A DNA stretch of 58,834 nt from Balamuthia mandrillaris (taxonomy: Eukaryota), in NCBI GenBank assembly GCA_031835245.2, contig JAVKOQ020000001.1, positions 744,001-802,834 on the forward strand, in the 5' to 3' direction. A model generated the notes under the pieces. It did not search any database. It had not been told where the DNA came from and worked only from the letters and a program-made list of their open reading frames with translations. Within the stretch, counting starts at the first letter, position 1. Each line of letters starts with the position of its first letter. The translations under genes were made by a program, and so were the position numbers. Shown here piece after piece: positions 35,785 to 58,834 of the stretch.

Positions 35785-37406
35785 ATGAACAAAGAGAACA
35801 TTTTACACAACATGAAGCCAACGAGCTCTGGTGGAGACGGCCAGCAGCACCAACTGGTTTCACCTAGAGACACACCCAAAGAAACGGATCAGAGAGATGT
35901 TGAAGGATACACTGTGGCGGTGCTTGGGGGCGGCGGGGCAGGCAAGTCTTCGCTCATACGAAGAATCCTGCTTGGCGACTTTGAGGATGGCATCTTTGAT
36001 CCTACCCTCCTGGACGAATATCACGGCGAAGTCAGTTTTGAGAACAAGCCATGTAAGCTTAGTTAGACTTCTTGCTTTCATTTCCTGTTCTCTTTGCTAT
36101 ATAACGGATCCACGTAATATTCGTTGCTCACTGTAAATACTCAAAGGTATGCTTACCATTTTGGACACCGCTGGTCAAGAGCAGTTTATGGAGTACCGGA
36201 GAGAGTCCGTAGAACAATCACAAGGGTTCTTGATCATTTTTGATGTAACTCAGCAGTACGCTTCTCCTTTTTTCTTCTCGCTTCTTCGCTCGTCTCTCTT
36301 TTCTCTTCTCTCTTCTCTCCCTCTCGCTCTCTTCTCACCAAAAAGGTCACAGGTTATCGTTTGAAGAGGTAGAAAGCTTTTTAAACGAACTTTGTGGCCT
36401 GAAAAGAAGACCTGCGGAGGAGCTTGCCATCATCATAGTAGGCACCAAAGGAGACGTCGATGAGAGCCAACGAGCAGTTACCAAAGAGGAAGCCCAACGG
36501 TTCGCGCTGGAGAACGGATGTAGTTATGTGGAGGCCAGCGCAAGAACGGGAGAGGGCGTACCCGATGTCATTCACAAGCTGCTCAAAGAGATAACCTACA
36601 GGCAAAGAGAGGCCAAGAAGGGATGGCTCCGGCGAGCTCCCTCTCGGAAAAGCAAGCACTTGAAGGAATGGGATCGACATAGAGAGAAAGAAGAAAGAGA
36701 GGATGATGAAACCGAAAGAGAAAAAGGAGGAGATAGGGAAAAAGGGAGCAAAGAAACAAGCATGAGAAAGAAATTTGTGGGTGGCGTGGTGTTCTCATCC
36801 TCCTATCCGGCAAGCCATATCATTCCTCAGCGATGGAAGAAGGAATGGGTGGTGATGGACAAGGAAAACATTCGGCACTACAAAAAGAGCTCCTCAGCGG
36901 CACAGAAGAGAGGCAAAGCTCAGAACATCATCTCGTTGAAAGCGATCGAGAGCGCGGCCATTGCCGACGAGTACACCAACCGCAGCAACACGTTTTGCGT
37001 GCTAACCTCCGAGAAGGCCTACTTTTACTGCTGCGAGTCGGAGGAAGAAAGGGACAGCTGGATCTACGAGATTTGCAAGCACGCATCCAAGGCGCAGGAT
37101 AAGGAAGTGGGTAACGGTGAAGTGCTTCTCTCCATGACCCCCAGAATCATTTCCTCTCCGGACCTCCTCTTCCAGGGCAGCTCCTCATCGTCGGCTGTGT
37201 TGACAACGGTTTCCTCGGACCAGCACCTCCGCCAAAAAGAACGAAAGAAAAATCATGGTAATGGCCGGTGGGTCGCTAGACGGTTTGCTCTCAGCTCGGA
37301 TGACCTTCGGACCCATTTGCAACCCAAAGAAAAGCCTCCCTTGGCAAAGCAACGCATGGCTGGTGGCCAAGACCATAACACCGAAACATCCTCGGCAGGC
37401 GATTGA
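35785..37406 (+). CDS. Ras-family small GTPase fused to a C-terminal PH domain
   Basis: G1 GGGGAGKS, G2 FDPT, G3 DTAGQE, G4 TKGD and G5 EASA. These are followed by a PH domain (WKKEWVVM...YKK...ISL...NTFCVLTSEKAYFYCCESEEERDSWIYEI). There is no CaaX box. Confidence 0.88.
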
Positions 37407-37516
37407 ATGGTTGGCCAACCGAATGGCCGATAGGCGATTCGGAGGTTGTTTGGTCTGTTCTCTTTGTGTCAGATATTACAAGTCTTCTCTGTTTTTATTT
37501 TTTTTAAAGCACTTGT

Positions 37517-49624
<12,108 letters not shown>

Positions 49625-50466
49625 CCCTACCTCAACAAACCCAAAAACAGAAAGAGGGCGGTGGTGCACCACGAAAAACAAAAAAGGTTCAACAAAATTA
49701 ACTTTTTTTTGTTTGTTTGTTTGTTTGGCTTGGTGCGTTCTGGTGTTGCTTGCTTGCTGGGAGGAGAAAGGGAGGCGTTAGTTTCCCCTTTCTTTTGTTG
49801 TTGGAATTTTTTTTGTTGGGGTCATTACGCTGACGACGTGGGACTTCTCTTTTTTAGGCCTTACACACGTGTACTAACGGCCGGTTACCCAATTTACAAA
49901 AAAACAAAGCAATGAAATGCGTTCTTCTTCCGCCGTGGCTCCCTCTTTCCACCGCTTGCTCCCTTTTCAAAGCACACCGCGGACAAAGCACATCCTCACG
50001 TTCGTCGCAAAAGCATGGGCACCAACCTTCCCAAAGTATCTGGTGAGGCAAATTTTTTTGCTGAGTTAGTGTGACACCCCGCACCTTTCTCAACTGAAAC
50101 ACAGGGCTTGTTAAACAAACTTGAACAACCAACTCTTGGGTCCGCAGGCCAGCCCCACAAGAACCACAGAAAGAAAAAAAGACACGTTTGCGAGCTGAGC
50201 TATATACGGAATTCACTACCCACACCACTGCCTTTGAGAGGTCCGTTGAGCTACAGGAGAGATGAGCAGTACAAAGGGTGACATCACCATTGAAGACCTA
50301 TTTTGGTATGCAAAGACGACGCCTCGCTAAAGATAGACGAGATTGTGGTTCCATCTGGAGCAGTGCATTTTTTCGAACGTGTGCTCAAAAAAGAAGCCTT
50401 ATCTAGCAGTTCATAGAGGTGGCATTATTATAAAGGCTCGCTTGCCCTTGCTGTACCGAAACTACA

Positions 50467-51017
50467 ATGGCTTCTTCTTCCGCAACTGCATCGGTCTCGT
50501 CTTCCTCCGAGGACGAGAAGATGCCGGAGGAAAAGGAGGAAGACAAGGGAGATTTGGAGGATCAGCTTACCCCTCGGCCGAAAAAGCGCAAGGTAAAACT
50601 TGGACGCTCCATAGCCGATGAGTATCATGCCCACACCAAAACAAAACCGCTCCTCCTGAACCTCCAGCCCAAAGTCGAACCAAATACAGGTAAGGAAGAA
50701 GCTTGTCTTTTTTTTGTTTTGTTTGCACTTATCATCTCTTGTTTTCGTCTTTCTTCATGAAGGGCGATCAGGCTCTAGCGGAGAGGTTTCACTTTTTGCC
50801 ATCTATGGCTTGGTGCCTGCTGGCATACCTTTCTTGGTTGTTGGCCTGATATGTACGTGCTTATGAACTGTACCGCTACCACAATTATTTTATGACAGAG
50901 TGACTTGTATTTGATTGGATGCTTTTTCTTATCAAACTCGTAACACTGGCAGGTTCGATAATAGACGGTGGCTTGTTGCCTGCCTTCTCCATTCTCTTTG
51001 GAGACCTTTTCAACAGG

Positions 51018-51055
<38 letters not shown>

Positions 51056-53460
51056 GTCTTGCTCATCGCCACTTTTTCTTTCAGTTTTTATGACAGTCCG
51101 GACACGGTAAAGGAGCGAGTCTCTTTTATAGCAACTCTCTTTATAGGTACTTTCAAGTCCTTCTGGTTTTCTCTGCTTTTATTTAAAGTGTTACCGTAGG
51201 AATGGGAGTGGCGACCTTCATTTTGCACTACATCTACATCACTTGCTTCGCGTTGGTGGGAGAGAAGATTGCTCGCAAACTGCGTATCATGCTATTTGAC
51301 CGTATGATGCACATGGACGTGGCCTACATGGATAAGCATCAAACCGGGGAGCTCACGAGCAAGCTCTCCTCCGACGTGTTGATAGCACAGGGAGGAATCT
51401 CAGAGAAAGTGGCTCAAGTAATCACCAACTGGGCTCAACTGTTCGTCGGTGTCATTATTGCGTTCATTTATGGGTGGAAGATGACGTTGGTGCTGCTGGC
51501 CATGGCCCCTGTAGCAATTCTTGGTGGAGGCATTCAAGCTGTAGCCATCAAACGAAGTTCCAAGAGCAGTCAGAAGGCTTACAACCTTGTAAGTTGGTTT
51601 GTTATGTTACTTGCTTTTGGATGGTCAACTAACTACTGTAACCCTAGTCGACGAATATCGCGGAGGAATCATTGGCAGGATATAGGACTATCCATTCCTT
51701 TGTAATGGAGAACTCTATGGTTGCCACGTACGAAATTCTCCTCTCTCTATCTCTCTGTCTCTTTCTCTCTCGTTTTCTTTTCTCGCCCTCACTAACGCCT
51801 CAATGTTATCAAACATAGTTATGATAAAAGCTTAAGAGAACCAACAAGATTGGCGAAAATCCGAGCCCATGTGTTGGGAGCCGGTCTGGGTTTCTCCTAC
51901 CTTAGTATCCTCAGCACCTATGCCCTGGGGTTCTGGTACGGGGGCACCCTGGTAGCTGAAGGCGAGATGGAGCCTGGAGACCTCCTCACAGTCTTCTTCT
52001 CGGTGATCGTGGGGGCCATGGGCATGGGCCAGGCGGGACAGGTAAGTGAGATGTCGTTTTTCTGTTTTATTTCCCAAACTACCATACAAGTCCCATGTGT
52101 TCATTTGTGGGTTTACTCACTTGTGTGACTTTTAATCCGTCAGCTCATGCCCGACATCTCCAAAGGACGGGCAGCAGCAGCGGCCATCTTTGAGATCATC
52201 TCGCAGGAGAACAGGATAGACCCTCATTTTGGAACAGGCTTTCGCCTGGAGGAAGGAGAGAAACTCAAAGGCATCATCGAGCTCGAGGATGTGACCTTTT
52301 GCTACCCCGTTCGGCCGGACACCAAAGTGTTTGATGGGACCAGCCTGAGAATAGAGGCAGGAGAGCACATGGCCTTGGTCGGACCCTCTGGCAGTGGCAA
52401 GAGCACGGTGGTTGCTTTGGTGTCTCGCTTCTACGATGTGTCTGGCGGTGCTGTCAAAATAGATGAGAGACCCATCACTGAATACGACCTCTATTGGTTG
52501 AGGTATGCTCTTTCTCTCTTTTCTTTTCCTCTCCCCTCTGTGACATACTAACCGGAAACACATACAGAAAGCAAATAGGATTAGTCTCTCAAGAGCCCAT
52601 TCTGTTTTCCTGCAGCGTGGAGGAGAACATTCGTTTTGGCAAACCCGATGCCACTGAGGAGGAAGTTATCAACGCTGCCAAAGCGGCCAACGCCCATACC
52701 TTTATCAGCCAGCTGCCTGATGGCTACAAGACAAAGACCGGAGAGAGGGGTTGCCAGATGAGCGGAGGACAGAAGCAACGTATCGCCATCGCGAGGGCCA
52801 TTCTCAAGGACCCCTCCATCTTGCTGCTGGACGAGGCTACCTCCGCCTTAGACACAGAGAGCGAAAGTTTGGTGCAGGAAGCCTTGGATACTCTGATGGA
52901 GGGCAGAACCACCATCATCAGTTGCGTATCTTTCTCTGCTTTGTTTTTTTTTTAATATATATTTTCACTCACTTTGTTTTGTCTGAACAAACCCAGTTGC
53001 GCACCGTTTGGCAACGGTGAGAGATGCAGACTGCATAGCAGTCATGCAGAAAGGCGTCATCGTGGAGAAGGGTAGCCATGCGGAACTGCTCGCTAGCTCC
53101 ATCATCTACAACAATCTGGTGCAGAAGCAGCTGGCAGGAGACGAGAAGACCCGGTCCAAGATCCTTTTGAAAAAGGCCAAAGATAGCAGTGGCAGCAACC
53201 TCAACAGAAAGGAAGGCTCCTCCGCTTCTATGCTGAGTGAGCATACACGGATCAAAGGAGCTGATGGTTCGTCGAGCGGAGAGTCCCATAGGGAGTCGGA
53301 TGATGAGAGCGAAAGTGAGAGTGAGAGTGAGAGTGAGACTGCGAGCCAGAGCGAGAAGAGTAAAAAGGAGGTAGAGTCTCGAAAGTCAGAAAGCCGGTCG
53401 TCCGAGAAGGAGGAGGAGAGTGAAGCTGCATCCACATCTAGTGAGTCAGAGGAGGACTAA
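50467..53460 (+). CDS. ABC transporter B family (MDR-like), single TMD + NBD, with an acidic Ser/Glu tail
   Basis: TMD segments ([39 protein letters not shown]), Walker [10 protein letters not shown]-loop VSQEP, signature MSGGQKQR, Walker [13 protein letters not shown] and IAHRL. Confidence 0.92.
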
Positions 53461-53623
53461 AAAAGAAAGAAGGCCTCTTTCCGTTTTCTCACCTGCATGG
53501 ACTCAATTAAAACTAGCAAACGTGTGTAAAACTATAGCGAGAGAGAAGAGGAACAAAAGGAGCTAAAGGAAGAATAAATAAACGTAGGTAGCTACAAAAC
53601 AACAAAGGAAACTGAAAAGTCGT

Positions 53624-54220
53624 TCAGTCGTCAAAACCCATCGCTCTGTCAAGGAAGGAAGCGAAGCGAGAGGTGGTGGGAGCAGGAAAGGGGCGCAGAG
53701 AGCCAAAGTCAGCCTCCGCCAATGTGGCCAGCAGTTTGGCGGGCGTGGTTTGATAGAGGTGACGCTCCTCGGCTAGCACCTCTGCAATTTCCACCTGATG
53801 GTTGCCCATCAGGTTCTCGTTGACCACCACAACCATGGCCTTGCGTAAGCCAAGCCCTTCGATAATCGTTCCTGCGCCTATAGGTAGGGTGGATTAGACC
53901 GGGAAAGAAGAGATGACAACGTGCAACGACGGACCAGCGTGGCTGATGACCAGGTCAGACGAAGCCAATATGGCAGCAAACTCAGCGGTCATACGGAAGG
54001 ACTCCACTTCTAATCGCCCACGCAGGGAGGAGTCCCCCTGCAAGAGGTGTGGTTCGTACTGGCCCTTGGGGCCATACTGGATGAGCAGTCGTTGGAAGCC
54101 CTGCTCTATCAACGCCTCTGCAAACCCAAGCGTGTCCACCGCCTTGATCAACTCTTCGAACTGGGTGGAGCCGACCGTAACCAGAACGGTTCTTCTTTTG
54201 TTCTTCTTCTCCTCTGCCAT
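53624..54220 (-). CDS. ALG13: UDP-N-acetylglucosamine transferase subunit ALG13
   Basis: VLVTVGSTQFEELI, LLIQYG, DLVISHA|GAGTIIEGL and VVVNENLMGNHQVEIA. One intron. Confidence 0.93.
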
Positions 54221-54595
54221 TTCTCTCTCTTCTTGTTTTTTGGGATTCCGCGGGTTCGACCCCCGGTGAGGACATGAAATTTTTATTTGAGTGAGGGGTC
54301 ATTACGCAACTGCCAGGTGACATAATTGCCATATTCAGCATAATTTGGATAAAAAAGGTAAAATAGACACATCAAAATCGGAATATTTATCGAGAAATGT
54401 TCGATTAAAACGAACAAATAATTTGGGCGAGAAACGAAAAGGAAGCACCAGAAAAAGTTTTGCCACGAAGGGGGGGGGCTTGCGGGGAGGGCGAGGAGAA
54501 GGAGGAGAAGGAAGACAGCCGAAAAACAAAAACAGACGAAGAGACAGCCAGGCATTGAGATTTGTGTTTTTGCGTGCGTGTGCGTGTGTGCGCGA

Positions 54596-55225
54596 ATGAC
54601 TAGCAGCAACATCAGCAACAGCGTTGTGCCTGCGACGAGTGGAGGCGGAGGGCGGACTCGGAGATGGAGAAAAGGCGAGCCAGGCGGAGTGATCTGCTTT
54701 TTTTATCGTTACTTGCTCTTTCCCGTTTATTTTGTGGTGAGCTCCGTGCTCTGCTGCTTTGGCAAAGGCGCCACCTCCCTGTGCGACGTTTTTCTGTTCT
54801 TTCTTCTTCTTCCCTTTGTGCTTATGGACAAACTTGTGGAATCCATCAAGAGTTTGAGTTGGCGGGTACGTTTTTTCTTGTTTCCCCTGTCGTTTTTCCT
54901 TTCTTTTCAACGTTCGAAGCCTCATTTCTTTTCTTTCCATATGCTTATGTTTTTTTTTTGAAATCTTGGATGGATTCTAGGGTTTTGTGTTGTCTTTGCC
55001 TGTGGTGGGGAACATAATGGAACAAAAGTGGAAGCAGGAGCAGGCAATGGAGTTGCTGCAGCTGGCCAATACGTATGAAGAGTGGAAAGCTGCCGCAAAA
55101 GAGTTGGATAGAATTACAGGTTTCTTTCCTTTCTTTATTTTCTTTCATTTCGCTCTCATCTTTTCTCCTATTTCTTTTCACTCTATTTTCCTCCTCTCTC
55201 CTTCTCCTCTCATCTCCTCTCTTCG

Positions 55226-55258
<33 letters not shown>

Positions 55259-56301
55259 CTCCCTCCATTGGCTGATACCTTATACTACTCTCGAGCAGGC
55301 AAAGAAGCATGGAAAGCAGATAAACGTTCTCCATATTATGACCATGAGCTCATCGAACATCGTCTCAAGTTGCTCCGTGGATTGTCAGAGAAGAAGGATT
55401 GGCCTCCCCTTCTGTTGGCGCTTAGAGCAGGCTTGATGAGAGATATGGGAGGCATCGGTAACCCTCGGCTTCACAACTATTGTCACATTGGCACAAAACA
55501 TCTTATCGAAGAGTATATCATAGTACGAAATCCTTTTCGCCTTCCTTGTTCCTTCCTTCTCTGCTCTTTCACTTTGTTCTCTTTGCTATGTTCCTCTTGG
55601 CTCTTTCTTTTTCGGTGACACGCCATGTCTACTCTTTGCAGGAAATTGTGAAGCAATTAGAGTTTATAAGCGACTCCGACATCTTGACAGAGTATGGCTT
55701 TGATGATAGGAAAAAGTTGGAGTTCTTCTTAGAGACTCGCCAGGCTTTTGGCCGCACGGCTTTGATGTTGAGCGGCGGTGCAACTCTTGGAATGTACCAC
55801 TTTGGTGTCATTAAGTCTCTCTTTGAGGAAAAGCTTCTCCCTCGTGTTATCTCTGGTTCGAGTGTGGGATCGCTTGTTAGCGCTCTTATCTGTACGTTAC
55901 TTTCCGTTCACATCCCTTCATTCTCATTTTTCCTTCATCTTGCAATTTTGACTTTCTTATCTCATTTACTTCCAACCAATAGGCACGAGGACGGATGATG
56001 AGTTGCCAGAGCTGTTTACCAAAACAGGTCTCGAGGCAGACGTTTTTGAGAATTCGCAACGAGGATCCCTTAAGCGTAAAGTGCACCGGTTCATAACCAA
56101 AGGAGTTTTAATGGACATCAGAAAGTTAGAAGCTTTTATGAGGACAAATTTGGGCGATGTTACCTTCAAGGAAGCCTTTGATCGTACTGGTCGCATTCTT
56201 AACATCACCATTGCCTCTACCACAACCTTTGAAGTACCACGCCTGCTCAACTATCTTACTGCTCCAAACGTTGTGCGTTGCTTCTCTTTTACCCCAAGTT
56301 T

Positions 56302-56333
<32 letters not shown>

Positions 56334-57338
56334 CAGAAGGAACAGAAAGAAACAAGCAGATGAACAGGGATTGCAGAGGTAAAGAATTGCTAACTATTTT
56401 TACCGGAAGCTTATTTGGAGCGCAGCCTGTGCATCTTGTGCCTTGGCAGGACTCTATGAGCCGGTTGCCCTGATGGCAAAGGATAGTGAAGGCACCATTC
56501 GGCTCTACCAACACAGCAGCGTTAAGTGGTCGGATGGCAGCGTTGAGACTGACCTTCCTATGGCCAGACTAGCGGAGCTGTTTAACATCAACCACTCCAT
56601 AGTATCCCAAGTCAATCCTCATGTTGTCCCTTTTCTAAGGTATCACTTCTTTCTCTCCCCTCGGCACGTTTTAGCGTCAGCTTCCTACACTTGCGAACTC
56701 TCTCCTTTTGTTTGCTGATTTCTTTCCAATAGAGGAGATCGTATTGTGGGAGGCAGCGGCTTGACGGTAACTAGCGTTTCCAAGTACTTGATCGAATCAG
56801 AAATAAAGCATCGAGTTACTCAAGTAGCAGAACTTGGTCTCTTTCCAAATGTAATGAAACATCTTCAGCCTCTTATCACGCAAAAATATGAAGGCGTATG
56901 TTTTCTCCTCCCACCGTTCCTCTTAGCGGCTGTTAACCTTTTTCATAATGTAGGATGTAACCATAGTTCCCGACGTTACTATAAATGACTATTTCAACAT
57001 CGTATCAAATCCCACAGAAGAGTTTCGCCAGCGGTGTATTGCCAAAGCTGAACGTTCCACTTGGCCAAGTATTCCTTCCTCTCATCTTCTCTCATTTTGC
57101 TTTATTTTTCAGTTGCTTTGCTCACTTCCCTTCTCCCACAACAGAAATTGAACTTATACGGAATCACACCCTCATCGAGATAACACTGGAGAAGTGTGTA
57201 CAAAGAATTAGGAAACGGTTGAGGGACCGGCGGCGAGCTATCGAGGGCAACCACAGCAGCGAGGACTCGAACTTTACCAATCGCATGTATGACCTCACCG
57301 ACTGGTGCGGCGCTGGTTTCACCAGCGGTGTAATCTAG
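54596..57338 (+). CDS. Patatin-like triacylglycerol lipase (SDP1/TGL4 family, DUF3336 + patatin)
   Basis: TYEEWKAAAKELD, GTKHLIEEYI, AFGRTALMLSGGATLGMYHFGV, GSSVG nucleophile, EAFDRTGRILNI, LNYLTAPNV, WSDGS and VSQVNPHV. Confidence 0.93.
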
Positions 57339-57480
57339 CTTTTTTTTTTGGTTATCAATATCTCTTCGCGTAGGTGAAGAGAGGACGCAGTTTTGGTTTG
57401 TTTTGCATTTTTGGTTTTTATTTTGTGCCATTTGTGACTTTTTTCCCAGCATTCTCAACCTGAACAAGTTTTTGACTCAA

Positions 57481-57520
<40 letters not shown>

Positions 57521-57591
57521 CTCACGTACACATAATACTAACATTTGAAGTAAACATACACATAAAAATCTTGTACCCTTATAGTCAGTCT

Positions 57592-58770
57592 TTACTCCAT
57601 CCTCTTCTCCATCCACTCTTCTCGGTGCTCATCGCTAAAGTCAGCCTTCTCATGCAACTTCTGCCACAACTTCTCCACATCCTCTTTGCTGGACTGAGTG
57701 GCCGTCCAGCGAATGAACGGCGAGACGGTAGCTCTATCCTCAAATAAACGACCGTTCATCTCCTCCGTGTTGATGTGCCTTGCGGTGGCCAACCAGTTGA
57801 TGGTGTCCGCGCCTTGCTCTGCCGTCCTGAGCCGGTCCTTCAGCTTGTCATAGAATTGAGGCATGGAGGTGGAGACACCGGGAGTGTCGGCCCAGCCAGG
57901 ATGCATGCTGTAAAAGTACACGCCATTACCCTTGTACTTCTGTGCAAACAGTTCCGCCAAATAGATCTGAGCTCTCTGAGAGGTGGAAAATGAGTGAGTC
58001 CTCCTTTTCTAGAAACGGCAAAAGGGGAAAAAAAGACTGAAGCGTACTTTGGTTTGGGCGTAAGCGAGGGTGCCATCCCACTTCTTGCTCTTCGCAAACT
58101 CCAAATCCTCCACGTCCAGCTTTTGCGTGAGCGCTCCGCCAGAGCTTACCATAACCACCCGAGAGGGAGCCGATTTCTCCAACGCTGGCATCAACAACTT
58201 GGTCAGCAGGAAGCAGCCCATGGTGTTGGTGGCAAAGGTCCTGTCCAGACCATCCCCAGTCGGCTCTCCTTTCTCCTGCAGCATGACGCCTGCGTTGTTG
58301 ATCAACACATCGCAACGTTCTCCAGAGGCGAGGAAACGGTCAGCAAAGCTGGCCAAGGAGGATTGCTCGGAGACGTCCACCACCTCCACATGAAGGTCAC
58401 TGTTGCCGGTCCGTTCGACGATGGTTTGCTTGGCCTCCTCGCCGCGCTCCCGGCTGCGGCAGAGCAGGTAGACACGGCCACCCTTGGAGGCCAGGTGGTG
58501 AGCGGTGGCGTAGCCAAGCCCACTGTTAGCTCCTGTGACGAGGTACACTTTGCCGCTCAAGTCCTCCAGCATTTCCTCATCGTTGAAGTGCCTTGTTTTA
58601 GTAGAGAAAGAGCAAGCACTTCTTCTTTAGAACCATGCACACAAAGAGAGAGAGAAAGATGAAGGAAGAGAGAGAGTGCGTTACTTTTGTCTTTGTTGGA
58701 AACCTTGTCGAGTGTAGTGCCTCCACCCATGGGAAAACCACAGTGCGCCTCTCCACATTGACATAACCAT
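57592..58770 (-). CDS. DHRS12: DHRS12-like short-chain dehydrogenase/reductase
   Basis: N-terminal MSMWRGALWFSHGWRHYTRQGF, VTGANSGLG, LINNAG, YAQTK, SMHPGWADTPGV and RTAEQGADTINWLA. Confidence 0.88.
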
Positions 58771-58834
58771 CTTGCCCGTCTTCTCCAAATATTGTCACAA
58801 AAACTGCAGGTAGGGGAGGGGCAACCGAGCAGAG

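Noticed and set aside
49854..50228. 124-aa minus-strand ORF in the BEACH/ABCB intergenic region
   Set aside because: It has a non-ATG start, no family motifs and no supporting exon structure.
54250..54266. tRNA T-arm/B-box-like GGTTCGACCCC
   Set aside because: There is no acceptor stem, D-arm or anticodon arm upstream. It lies just 5' of the ALG13 start, so at most it is an isolated B-box-like word.

Overview
Gene-dense, intron-rich eukaryotic genomic DNA, most likely an amoebozoan-type protist (inferred from short GT-AG introns packed with (CT)n tracts and from a Dlp/DRP5-type dynamin, an Lvs/neurobeachin-type BEACH protein and a RasGAP). I reconstructed about 23 protein-coding genes by splicing across the ORF track. 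In order: RUN-domain gene (partial, -), BTB+SPRY (+), ZPR1 (+), LIS1 (-), TVP23 (+), FAM98-like (-), Mug135/DUF1773-like (+), CGI121 (+), RNA ligase (+), RasGAP (+), alpha/beta hydrolase (-), intronless NTPase+REase (+), VLCFA 3-ketoacyl-CoA reductase (+), MIU-repeat PARP-like ART (+), eIF3d (+), dynamin-like (-), ankyrin protein (+), Ras-PH fusion (+), BEACH (-), half ABCB (+), ALG13 (-), SDP1/TGL4-type lipase (+), DHRS12-like (-). I found no rRNA, tRNA, CRISPR array or canonical transposase. The most striking locus is 21288-23422. It holds the only intronless gene in the window, a P-loop NTPase fused to a PD-(D/E)xK-type nuclease (Crinkler/RHS-effector-like architecture), immediately preceded by a perfect 20-bp inverted repeat. 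Other highlights are a PARP-like protein combining Ubl, BC-box and MIU repeats, a CaaX-less Ras-PH fusion, a standalone RNA ligase, a fungal-type DUF1773 gene, unusual A/C-rich 3' splice sites and recurrent promoter motifs. Gene spans include introns, and family calls come from motif recognition by eye without database searches.
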